From positions 1-27,869 of the IMG/VR virus record IMGVR_UViG_3300028588_000076: DNA of 27,869 nt. The stretch is one strand, 5' to 3'. Origin of the DNA: a virus. Its lineage: Duplodnaviria; Caudoviricetes. The position numbers and the translations under genes were made by a program. Below the pieces are notes generated by a model. The model was given only the letters and a program-made list of their open reading frames with translations. It searched no databases and was not told where the DNA came from. Shown here one piece after another: positions 7,799-15,693 of the stretch; the stretch's first letter is position 1; every line of letters begins with the position of its first letter.

Positions 7799-9225
7799 GC
7801 CGCCACCTTGACTGCATCAGCGAGCAGCTTTTGACCGAGCTTGGCAGCTTCTTGAATCGCGAACACGCGCTCGAGGGTGTCGGCGTCGGTCTTGTCGATG
7901 CGGTACGTGTCTTGCGAAAAGCGTGGCAAGAACAGCGAATGCAGCGGGTTTGACTGACTCGGCGTCATGACCATGTTCGCCGTCACCGGCATGATCTTGC
8001 CAAGCCACGCTTGCGGATCTTTTTCCAGGGCGGCGCGCATGGCTTCGTTTTTGACCGCGACATTGACCGCGATACCGCCGCAACTGGTAGCGCAAGCCAG
8101 ACGACCGGGCCGACCCTCGTTCTTGGTATTGTCCTCACCCGGCAGAATCTTGACGATTTGCAGATCGGCTTCAAATTCCAGCTTGAGCTTGATCTGCTCT
8201 TTGCTGGTGCCGTCTTTCCAGATGGCGCTTTTGCGCTTGACGATCGTGCCTTCTTTACCGACCAGCATCAGTTCGCCGGCGTGCGCATACGCTTCTGCCG
8301 TGTTTTTGACGATGCGGGTCGGGATGACCGTGATAAAGCTGCCAGTGCCGGCTTTGACCTGACTGATCAGACTTGCCAGACGCGCACGATATGGCACATC
8401 GTACTTGCCCTTGCTGACCACGGCGTTGCGTGGAATCTGGTCCCATACCATCAGCACCGGGTAATCGCCGTTTTCGAAGTCGCCGCCCTTAAGTACGCTG
8501 GTGAGAATGCCGTTGCCAGTTTCGCGCGACAGTACGCCAACAGTGCCGTCGCCGCGCTCACGCATGACCAGCAATTCGCCGTGCGTTTGTGTACCAGGCA
8601 GCAGCAGGTTCGCAATCGACGCCGCCAGTGCGTTGAACTTGTCCATCGGGAACATCGAACCGGCGCGCGAGTACATGAACACTTCGCCGGTTTCTTCATG
8701 GTCGATGTTGGCATACATGCCGTCCGCTTTTTCCTGGCTGATACCACCCTCGATATCGAGCCAGTCGGTCATCTTGCTGTCTTTGGGCAGGCTGCAGCGC
8801 ATGTACGGGAAGTCAGGCAGCAGCTTGGGCCAGACCTTGTTGACGGTTTCCTCGGAAAAACCCGCACGCATGTCCTTGAGGATGATGCGCTTGAACAGTT
8901 GACCTGACTTTGCTGTCAATTTGCCGAAGACTTGCGTGATTGCCGCTTGAGCGGCAGCGCCAGTAAGGGTTCGATTGGCCAGGCCGTCAATCACAGCCCA
9001 TGCGTCACCCGTTTCATTAAACGTTACGCCATCATTGTCGAGGTGACTTGGCGGTAGCACGCGCACGCCATAGCTGATCAGCGGGTTGTACGTTGCTTCC
9101 AGCACGGCGCGCAGCAGGTTGGCACCAGCGTGCTCCTTCAGCAGTGCGATCTTGTCGTTCTTGCCTGGCAGGGCGGCAACTTGTTCGATCAGGTCGAACA
9201 CATCATCCGTCGTTGTAATGTTCAT
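7795..9225 (-). CDS. ATP-dependent DNA ligase (T4 gp30-like)
   Basis: Motif I QEKADG, motif III HGELL, IIIa VWD, IV EGTIVK, V KLK, VI SLFLPRF...R.DK; AAGGA RBS. Confidence 0.95.
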   Translation of the reverse strand: MNITTTDDVFDLIEQVAALPGKNDKIALLKEHAGANLLRAVLEATYNPLISYGVRVLPPSHLDNDGVTFNETGDAWAVIDGLANRTLTGAAAQAAITQVFGKLTAKSGQLFKRIILKDMRAGFSEETVNKVWPKLLPDFPYMRCSLPKDSKMTDWLDIEGGISQEKADGMYANIDHEETGEVFMYSRAGSMFPMDKFNALAASIANLLLPGTQTHGELLVMRERGDGTVGVLSRETGNGILTSVLKGGDFENGDYPVLMVWDQIPRNAVVSKGKYDVPYRARLASLISQVKAGTGSFITVIPTRIVKNTAEAYAHAGELMLVGKEGTIVKRKSAIWKDGTSKEQIKLKLEFEADLQIVKILPGEDNTKNEGRPGRLACATSCGGIAVNVAVKNEAMRAALEKDPQAWLGKIMPVTANMVMTPSQSNPLHSLFLPRFSQDTYRIDKTDADTLERVFAIQEAAKLGQKLLADAVKVAA

Positions 9226-9234
9226 GATTGATCC

Positions 9235-9441
9235 TTAGCGGCCGTTAGCCTTGAGCGCTTCGTGACGCTCGGTCATGAGCTTGAGTGCCAGTTCGCGGTT
9301 TTCCGCGGCAGTCTTGGTCCCGCTTGGCATGATGTAGTTGAAACTCTCGATCACGCTGGCCGAAATGCTGCCAGTCATGTCCGAGCGCATCGTGTCGGTC
9401 CAGATCGTCACTTTCATTTCGTTGATTTTCTTGCTTGCCAT
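9235..9441 (-). CDS. Small hypothetical protein
   Basis: 68-aa ORF filling the gap between two genes with 9-nt spacers. Confidence 0.7.
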   Translation of the reverse strand: MASKKINEMKVTIWTDTMRSDMTGSISASVIESFNYIMPSGTKTAAENRELALKLMTERHEALKANGR

Positions 9442-9450
9442 GCTGTTCTT

Positions 9451-10173
9451 TCAGGTTGAGGTTTTAAGGGCCGCCAGACGACGGGCGTACTGCAATGGGG
9501 TTTCCCCCGGATTCATGGGCGGTCGCGTCGTAGCGGCCGTTTTGGGCGGTTCTGGCGGTATCGGGAGCGGCAGCGCTTTGATCATACGGTCAAGCGGCAT
9601 GTCACCGGGCGATGGGCCGGCGTTGGCCAGCGTTGTGATGCTCAGGTCACCCTTCTTGGCTGTACCGAGCGGTTTGGCTTCAAGGTCGACCGGTCCGTGG
9701 TGCGGCAGGGTTACGGTTGTCACTGGTGCGGGGTCTTTCAACGCCATGTTGAGCGCGTCAGCGAACGTTCCACCGTCGACCACGACCGGTTTCGCAGGCG
9801 CGACTTTTGGCGGGTTCGTGTACAGCGCCGGGTCGGTGTGGTTCGTGATTTGTACACCGAAGTCACCAGCGACCGACATCGGCAAGTATGGTTTATTGGC
9901 CGGACGCGGAAAGTAAAACAGGGCGCTGCCGGCGATCGTTTCTTGCTCACGCATGCCGTGCGCGATGCATGCGCCAGTGTCGACCGCGCGCTGACACTGT
10001 GCGGTGCGCTCATTGCTGCGACCGGCGCTGATGTCACTTAAGCGACTGAGACATGCCGCATAGGCAGGGCCACGCTCGACGATCGGGCAATGGCGCAGAT
10101 AGTAAGCGTTATCTACCTGACCCGACGCGGCGGTCGGATGATGCTTGTCATGAATGATTGGTTCGTTTTTCAT
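9451..10173 (-). CDS. Hypothetical protein: 4-Cys N-terminal domain, Pro-rich C-terminal half
   Basis: AAGGAG RBS; CP...AC...C...C; ends PGETPLQYARR. Confidence 0.8.
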   Translation of the reverse strand: MKNEPIIHDKHHPTAASGQVDNAYYLRHCPIVERGPAYAACLSRLSDISAGRSNERTAQCQRAVDTGACIAHGMREQETIAGSALFYFPRPANKPYLPMSVAGDFGVQITNHTDPALYTNPPKVAPAKPVVVDGGTFADALNMALKDPAPVTTVTLPHHGPVDLEAKPLGTAKKGDLSITTLANAGPSPGDMPLDRMIKALPLPIPPEPPKTAATTRPPMNPGETPLQYARRLAALKTST

Positions 10174-10182
10174 TTCTTCTCC

Positions 10183-10368
10183 TTAAAATGCGCCCCATGT
10201 AGGCGGTTGCGCTTCTACCTCTTTGGCAAATTCTTCCAGGTAAATTTGCTCTTGCTTTTCATAACGCACGTAATTGATGGCGCATCGAATGTTCCACAGC
10301 ATGCCCTTGCGCAAAGCTGCCTGGGTTTGAAGTGGCAGTCTGTCGATCATTTCTTCCGCTTCAGTCAT
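10183..10368 (-). CDS. Small hypothetical protein ending WGAF
   Basis: ATG 10368 overlaps the upstream TGA (TGATG). Confidence 0.7.
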   Translation of the reverse strand: MTEAEEMIDRLPLQTQAALRKGMLWNIRCAINYVRYEKQEQIYLEEFAKEVEAQPPTWGAF

Positions 10369-10835
10369 CACCACGCTCCCCAATTGGCATCGCGTTCAGA
10401 TGGCTCATCCGGGCGCTCATCGACGATGCCTCTGTTATCTTGGTCAGACTGCCCAGTCAAGGCAAAATATGACAAAACCGCTGTCGCCTGCTTGCCCGGA
10501 TAATGCTCGTTGACGATGTCGATCAATTCTTGCCTATTGACCGTTCTGCCGTTGGCGTTAAGCAGGCGCATGTCGCTTGGCGGGGTGACATCTTCATACT
10601 TGCCACCGCCGCGCACGCGCCGCTTCTCGCTCAAAATTTTCATGCACTCTTTGGTGCAAGACTGATGCGTCGAATACATTGGCGTAAAGTTGCCACCGCC
10701 GACCTTCGATGTAATCGGGCCGTGACGTTTGATCAAGACAGCGGCGCCGCCTTCTTCATTGATCTGCACGGTTTCATAGAACTTGCTGCCGCTGGTGTGT
10801 TCCAGATACGACGAAAAAATGTAATAGTTGCTCAT
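10368..10835 (-). CDS. WGR-domain-like protein ending WGAW
   Basis: YLEHTSGSKFYETVQI...VLIKRHGPI...G...EKRR..G.Y follows the WGR pattern (KFY, with WGR replaced by HGP). Start MSNYY with GAAGG RBS. Confidence 0.65.
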   Translation of the reverse strand: MSNYYIFSSYLEHTSGSKFYETVQINEEGGAAVLIKRHGPITSKVGGGNFTPMYSTHQSCTKECMKILSEKRRVRGGGKYEDVTPPSDMRLLNANGRTVNRQELIDIVNEHYPGKQATAVLSYFALTGQSDQDNRGIVDERPDEPSERDANWGAW

Positions 10836-10879
10836 GCTGGCCTTCGCGCACTTCGCGCGGTTGATTCTTCGATAGGTCA

Positions 10880-10923
10880 ATGATACGGGTCACGGTCAGG
10901 ACCGACAAGTCATCACTGACTGA
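10880..10923 (-). promoter_or_regulatory. Promoter TTGTCG-17-TATCAT with TCCTGACCG box; operator (10906-10923) over the -35
   Basis: -35 at 10903-10908, -10 at 10880-10885; CAAGTCA-tcac-TGACTGA. Confidence 0.75.
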
Positions 10924-10932
10924 AACGACCGG

Positions 10933-12027
10933 TTAGCGCTTCTTTAGCCGCAGTCGCGTTGCGGTGGCCGGTGTCAAGTTGGTCGCGCTGTAGAACGCCT
11001 CGCGCACCACCTGGGCCGGCACTTCATTCGGGTCTTTGCCTTCAGGCAGAATGGCGATACGCACCTTGAACCCCACGGACAGCAGCAGCAACCCCGCCTT
11101 GATTGCGTCGTCGATCGCCTTGTCTTCACCGTCCCACATGAAGGTTACTGTCTTTAAGCCGCGCTTCTTCAGTGCCAGCAATTTGGCCAACTGCCCGTTC
11201 TCGTCGCCGTGGGACAAGTGCTTGCCGAACGTACCCACCGCCACGACATCGCGCAGTGTCATATCTTCATCGAGCGCGATCTTGATGGCAGCAACGTCGA
11301 ACACGCCTTCGCCCAAGACGATCTGTTCGGCGCCCCAGGCATTGTGACCGTTGTACAGGTGCGTACCGGTACTGGCGAACCCGGGTGGGAACAGGTATTT
11401 CTTGTCGGCGGCGCCGGTGGTGTCACGACCCTGAAACGACACAAGCTCGCCTTCAAGATCAAACACAGGAATCAAGACCCGCCTGTCATAGCTTTGCACG
11501 CGCGTCTTGCCGTCTTCCACGTAAGAGAACTTGCCTTCATGGCAGTAACGCAGTTCGAAGTATGCGGCAATATTGGCAGTGATCCCGCGCGCATCCAGGT
11601 ATTTCAGGTTGCGCCCGTTGTGCGGTAGCGCGATCGACTTTGGAAACTTAAGCTCGCCAGTGACGGTTGTTGCCACCTCTTTCTTGCGCGGCGGTCGCCA
11701 CCCCTGCTCTCGAGCCACCTGTTTGATGTGCTCGATGGTGTCCCGGTGCGGCGTGCCTAAATGGGAAGCAATGAACTTCCACTTGTTGAATTTAACCTCA
11801 CAATCGCCGTCGAAGCAGTTGCCAAGACCACTTTCGGCGTTCAGGTAGACCTTCCACTTGCTACTGCCGCAGCAAGGGCACTCCTGAACGTTCAATTGCA
11901 TGCCTCGGCTACCACGATTGAGCTTGTACTCGATACCTTCGCGATCGAGCCAGGCTTCCATGTCGATCAGGTCCAGCGCCTCTTGCAAGTCATTGTTCTC
12001 GGCGCGGTAGCTGACATGTGCGCTCAT
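10933..12027 (-). CDS. DNA primase (zinc ribbon + TOPRIM)
   Basis: ECPCCG...GNCFDGDC zinc ribbon; FQGR, KYLFP, EGVFD, WDGED, KDPNE; ATGA overlap at 12024-12027. Confidence 0.93.
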   Translation of the reverse strand: MSAHVSYRAENNDLQEALDLIDMEAWLDREGIEYKLNRGSRGMQLNVQECPCCGSSKWKVYLNAESGLGNCFDGDCEVKFNKWKFIASHLGTPHRDTIEHIKQVAREQGWRPPRKKEVATTVTGELKFPKSIALPHNGRNLKYLDARGITANIAAYFELRYCHEGKFSYVEDGKTRVQSYDRRVLIPVFDLEGELVSFQGRDTTGAADKKYLFPPGFASTGTHLYNGHNAWGAEQIVLGEGVFDVAAIKIALDEDMTLRDVVAVGTFGKHLSHGDENGQLAKLLALKKRGLKTVTFMWDGEDKAIDDAIKAGLLLLSVGFKVRIAILPEGKDPNEVPAQVVREAFYSATNLTPATATRLRLKKR

Positions 12028-12269
12028 CGTGGTTTGCGCCAGTAGGTGCTGTTGATACCGATGCGAATCGACAGCCACAAGATGATGATGCTGTACAGGC
12101 GAATGCCGGGAGAGTCAGGTCGCTCATACCAGCCGAACGCGAACAGGTTGTACTTGCGATCGCCATTCATGAGCGTGTTCGACCACAGTTCGTCAGCCGC
12201 CATGACGACCAGCATCAGCCAGGGAAGCGGCATCCATTGAAACTTGTAGATACGCGTTTTACCCGACAT
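12024..12269 (-). CDS. Small Trp-rich hydrophobic hypothetical protein
   Basis: Overlaps both neighbours; start MSGKTR with GAGG upstream. Confidence 0.6.
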   Translation of the reverse strand: MSGKTRIYKFQWMPLPWLMLVVMAADELWSNTLMNGDRKYNLFAFGWYERPDSPGIRLYSIIILWLSIRIGINSTYWRKPR

Positions 12270-12516
12270 ATGCCGCCTCGACCTTGTCGTTACGCACATG
12301 CAGATTGATACGATCGCAACGGCAGTCTGCCGTGACTGGGCGAGGCGTACCGTCCAGGGTCACGGTGCGACTTTTTACAGCGCGCGCCTTGAGGTAAGTT
12401 TGCGCTTGCGTTACCGTCATACCGATCAAGAATTTCTTGTCGATGATGTAAGCGGCACGCCTGGAACGAACCTGCTGAATTTCAGCATGCGCTTCTTGGC
12501 TAGTTTTCATCGTCAT
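12259..12516 (-). CDS. Potato inhibitor I / I78-like serine protease inhibitor-fold protein
   Basis: LIGMTVTQA...PVTADCRCDRINLHVRNDKVEAAYVG resembles L.G....A...VT.D.R.DR+.+.V...V......G; ATGA-coupled. Confidence 0.75.
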   Translation of the reverse strand: MTMKTSQEAHAEIQQVRSRRAAYIIDKKFLIGMTVTQAQTYLKARAVKSRTVTLDGTPRPVTADCRCDRINLHVRNDKVEAAYVG

Positions 12517-12833
12517 TCCCCGGTAAAGAGAATGCGCAGCGCACGCGTGATGCGGTTGCCGCGCTTGAGTTCAGCCAGTTCTGCATGAACGTTTTCCAAT
12601 TGCGTCAGGTAGTATTTCGCTTCACTTTCCCAGCCGGCGCGCTCTTTGCGTGCGGTAATGAGCAGTTCTGCAAGGTTGGTTGCATCCTTCATGTGCGAAT
12701 CAATCAGCCCTTGCGCCTCTGCGCGCAGTACAACTTCTTTCTGACCGGCGATCATTTCGCCGTCCACATTCGTCAGAGGCTCGACAAACAGCACGCCGGT
12801 CAGTGTTGGTGGCAAATACCCTACAGTTTTCAT
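12513..12833 (-). CDS. Hypothetical coiled-coil protein
   Basis: AAGGAG RBS; helical, heptad-like C-terminal half. Confidence 0.75.
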   Translation of the reverse strand: MKTVGYLPPTLTGVLFVEPLTNVDGEMIAGQKEVVLRAEAQGLIDSHMKDATNLAELLITARKERAGWESEAKYYLTQLENVHAELAELKRGNRITRALRILFTGE

Positions 12834-12842
12834 TGCTGCTCC

Positions 12843-14303
12843 TTATTCGACGCGCATGATGCCCGAAATGAATTTCATCTTGGACAGTTCTTGCTTGATG
12901 AAGATGGTAAAACCGCCTTCTTGGTTACGCGATGCTGCAAAGTACAGGCGCGCTTCGCCGGTTGCGCGTTCTTCGTCAGTCACATTGATCGAAATCATAA
13001 TGTCGACAGTGCGGACCTTATTGAAATCTTCTGCAACGTGTTCGGCTTTAACAACCGCAGACTTGAAGCCCTCCCGGTTCGATTGCGTCGCCGTCAGCAT
13101 TGCGGCATCTTCTTCGTGCGCAATGGCGCGCAGATCCAGGTAAATGCCCTTGCTGTTCTCGATGGCGTCGTTGACCCGGTGGTTTGGCGCCATGATGTCG
13201 GCATAGTCGACGATGATCAGGTCGAACTTGATCGCAGGGCGCAGCGTGCCATTTGGCATGAACTTTGGGCTCTTGTACCGCTGCAAGAGACCGCGCAACT
13301 GGTTCGGCGTCAGGGTGCCCGATGGGTAGTTGTGAATCTTGAGCGCGCCTGCTTTTGGCATGAGCGCTTTGACCTTCGATGCTACCGAGTGCATGCTGTC
13401 CATCAGCTTTTTCACTTCGGTGTCCGACATCGTTGCGTCCATACGCTCCGAGATAATGTCAGCCGACACTTCGCAGGTTGCGTACAGCACATTGTAGCCG
13501 GCGAGACTTGCCGCCTTGGCAAAGTTGATCAGGGCGGTGGTCTTACCCGACTTTGCGCCACCCAGGATGACCGACAGTTCTTTTCGGCCCCAGCCTCGGT
13601 GATACAGCAAGTCGTCAATCTCGCGATGACCGGTGGTAATGCCGGTCGGTGGCAAGATGCCCATCTTTTTGTCATTGCGCTTGTTGGTGCGCTCGTCGAT
13701 CTTGTCGAAGTAGTCGTATTCGTCGCCGTCGGTGTTGATCCCAACCTCGACCGCAGCCTTGATGCGCGCCTCGATCTTGTCGAACTGACGCTTCTCGAGC
13801 AACTCCACGGACTCGAGAATGGTCGCTTGCACCGCTTGATGCCTGGCGAACTCAGCAACCCGCTCGGCAATCGCATCGCCGTCAGACAGGTCCGCTTCGG
13901 CGCCGTAGACGCCCTTGAACGCTTCGACTGCCGCAGGCTTGATGTCTGAGCGAACGATCTTGCTGACGATGTCCTCTTTGAGCATTTCCTTGGCGATGAC
14001 TGCCGTGGGAACGCTGCCATGCTTTTCGTAGTAGCGCATGGCGATATTGACCATCGCCGCCTCGCCGGCATTGTCAAAGTATTCGGGGCGCACCAAGTGA
14101 CCGACCTTGCGCATGAAGTCCAGGTTGCGCACGGCGTGTACTGCCACCTTCGACTGAAACTCGTCGTCAAAGTCATACGTGTCGGTGCCGATTGCCATGG
14201 GCGCACTCGACGCACCATGCGCGGGACCGTGCGCTACGCCGTGCATCACGCCGGCGACCAGCGCCACTACCTCGGCTTCTGCATGTGCCAATGCATCAGT
14301 CAT
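12843..14303 (-). CDS. dnaB: DnaB/SF4 replicative DNA helicase
   Basis: ITTG..EID, Walker A GGAKSGKT, CE, IIVDYAD, TATQSNR, ASRN. Confidence 0.93.
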   Translation of the reverse strand: MTDALAHAEAEVVALVAGVMHGVAHGPAHGASSAPMAIGTDTYDFDDEFQSKVAVHAVRNLDFMRKVGHLVRPEYFDNAGEAAMVNIAMRYYEKHGSVPTAVIAKEMLKEDIVSKIVRSDIKPAAVEAFKGVYGAEADLSDGDAIAERVAEFARHQAVQATILESVELLEKRQFDKIEARIKAAVEVGINTDGDEYDYFDKIDERTNKRNDKKMGILPPTGITTGHREIDDLLYHRGWGRKELSVILGGAKSGKTTALINFAKAASLAGYNVLYATCEVSADIISERMDATMSDTEVKKLMDSMHSVASKVKALMPKAGALKIHNYPSGTLTPNQLRGLLQRYKSPKFMPNGTLRPAIKFDLIIVDYADIMAPNHRVNDAIENSKGIYLDLRAIAHEEDAAMLTATQSNREGFKSAVVKAEHVAEDFNKVRTVDIMISINVTDEERATGEARLYFAASRNQEGGFTIFIKQELSKMKFISGIMRVE

Positions 14304-14740
14304 GCTACGCGCGCCGTCGTGGTGTAGAACTCGCTGATGTCGTGCTTGTAGATCACGCGCTCCACAGGCGTAACTGTCACGAATTCATCGTCGTTAGGCT
14401 GCTTGATCGAAGCGACCAGCATCGTTACGGTGTACGAATCGCTATGCTTGAGCTTGCCTTGATACTGCTGGCCCGACGACACCTTTTCGATGATGACGTT
14501 GGCACCAGAGTGGCACAGGGCGCGCAGAAACGCTTCGTGACCGACGACCGGCTTTCCGCCCGGGCGCTTGATCGGCGCTTGGTCTTTTTGTGGGCGTTTA
14601 GCGCCGTCATTCAGGGTCAGGGTGATGGTGCGACGTGCCGGTGGTGTCTCTTGCGCGGCCAGGCGGCGCGCTTCTTCGATTTGGGCTTGACGCTCGGCGT
14701 CGACGGTCATGCAGCGACCGAGTTCGTTCGGGTGATTCAT
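14300..14740 (-). CDS. Hfq/Sm-like RNA chaperone with N-terminal extension
   Basis: HEAFLRAL...V.I..V.SG...QGKL...DSYTV...VIYKHDIS aligns by eye with Hfq QDPFLNAL...[23 protein letters not shown]...MVYKHAIS; GGAG RBS. Confidence 0.8.
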   Translation of the reverse strand: MNHPNELGRCMTVDAERQAQIEEARRLAAQETPPARRTITLTLNDGAKRPQKDQAPIKRPGGKPVVGHEAFLRALCHSGANVIIEKVSSGQQYQGKLKHSDSYTVTMLVASIKQPNDDEFVTVTPVERVIYKHDISEFYTTTARVA

Positions 14741-14790
14741 TTGTTATTTCTCCAGGGGTGTTAGGTTGCGAACCTCTCGCAGATGAACCG

Positions 14791-14816
14791 ATTATAGCTC
14801 AATCAGTTCTGACTGA
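14791..14816 (-). promoter_or_regulatory. TATAAT (14791-14796) with adjacent degenerate operator (14799-14816), upstream of the Hfq-like/helicase operon
   Basis: TCAATCA-gttc-TGACTGA; no good -35. Confidence 0.55.
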
Positions 14817-15522
14817 ACTGTTCTGCCAAGCACAACTCGATTGCGGCATCGATCGCCGTCGCGGGGAAGATACGAATTGCCGCTTCGATACGCACGGCGT
14901 CATGGTGGTACAGCGCCGCATGCAGGGCGAATTTCGGATGCGCGCGCTTCATGATCGCTTCCGCCAGGTAGGCTTCATACGCCACTTGGTCGGGTGCGCC
15001 GACAAACTGCGCGGCGGTGTAGCGCGGGTTGATCGCCCACTGCACCTTGGCTTGACATTCTTCATGCCAGCGGTTCATCACAAATACGATCAGGTCGTCA
15101 TTGGTCGATACATGCGCCGGGCGTGGTGGTTGACGCCAGCCGTTGTCGATACACCATGCCATCGCTTCGCGGCAGAAAAAGTCGTATCGAATGCCAAGCT
15201 CATCGATGCGCTGGCGTAGTTTCCAGAACGACTTGACTTCCCGCGCCATCATGACGTCTTTACCCTTGAATGCGGCCATGAAGCGCTTTTTGTAGTCGAG
15301 CGCTTCCTTCATGAAGTCACCGTAGGCCCGGTTGTAGTGATGGGCCAGCAAGTAGGTTGCCATGGTTGGGTGTAGTGGCCGATAGTCGAACCACTTTGTT
15401 GCGTACAAGCCGACTTCTTTCTTCAAGAGCTTGGCGTCGATCCGGGCGATCGCAAATGCCTCGCATTCTTGGCGTGTCAATGACGAGCCGAAGAATGTCC
15501 CGTAGATGCCTTCGATGTTCAT
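14803..15522 (-). CDS. Hypothetical protein (possible replication initiator or helicase loader, by position only)
   Basis: 239-aa ORF with GGAG RBS, between the inverted-repeat element and the helicase operon. Confidence 0.8.
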   Translation of the reverse strand: MNIEGIYGTFFGSSLTRQECEAFAIARIDAKLLKKEVGLYATKWFDYRPLHPTMATYLLAHHYNRAYGDFMKEALDYKKRFMAAFKGKDVMMAREVKSFWKLRQRIDELGIRYDFFCREAMAWCIDNGWRQPPRPAHVSTNDDLIVFVMNRWHEECQAKVQWAINPRYTAAQFVGAPDQVAYEAYLAEAIMKRAHPKFALHAALYHHDAVRIEAAIRIFPATAIDAAIELCLAEQFSQN

Positions 15523-15533
15523 GGGTTTCTCCG

Positions 15534-15654
15534 CTTGGGGTGGACTTGGGGAATGCCACCCGTTTCTAAATACTTATTACTTTATGTTGTATGTTTTGAT
15601 TGTAGTTATAAAGACTTATAGAAAGCGTCGGCATTCCCCAAGCTCCACCCCAAG
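15534..15654. repeat. 24/25-bp inverted repeat flanking a 72-bp AT-rich core
   Basis: CTTGGGGTGGACTTGGGGAATGCC (15534-15557) / GGCATTCCCCAAGCTCCACCCCAAG (15630-15654); one 1-nt indel. Confidence 0.92.
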
Positions 15655-15655
15655 T

Positions 15656-15685
15656 AAGAATGGGACCACGATCGGCCCCATTCTT
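15656..15685 (-). terminator. Hairpin downstream of phoH, probable terminator
   Basis: AAGAATGGG...CCCATTCTT stem 8 nt after the stop; short U-tail. Confidence 0.55.
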
Positions 15686-15693
15686 GCCCTTGT

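Noticed and set aside
12585-13949. 454-aa plus-strand ORF, and similar ones at 556-1095, 4310-5182, 8011-8907, 15721-16473 and 22847-23833
   Set aside because: Antisense shadows of well-supported minus-strand genes in GC-rich DNA; no recognisable motifs.
12843-14303. Intein in the helicase, primase or ligase
   Set aside because: Normal lengths, contiguous motifs, and no C...HN splice signatures.
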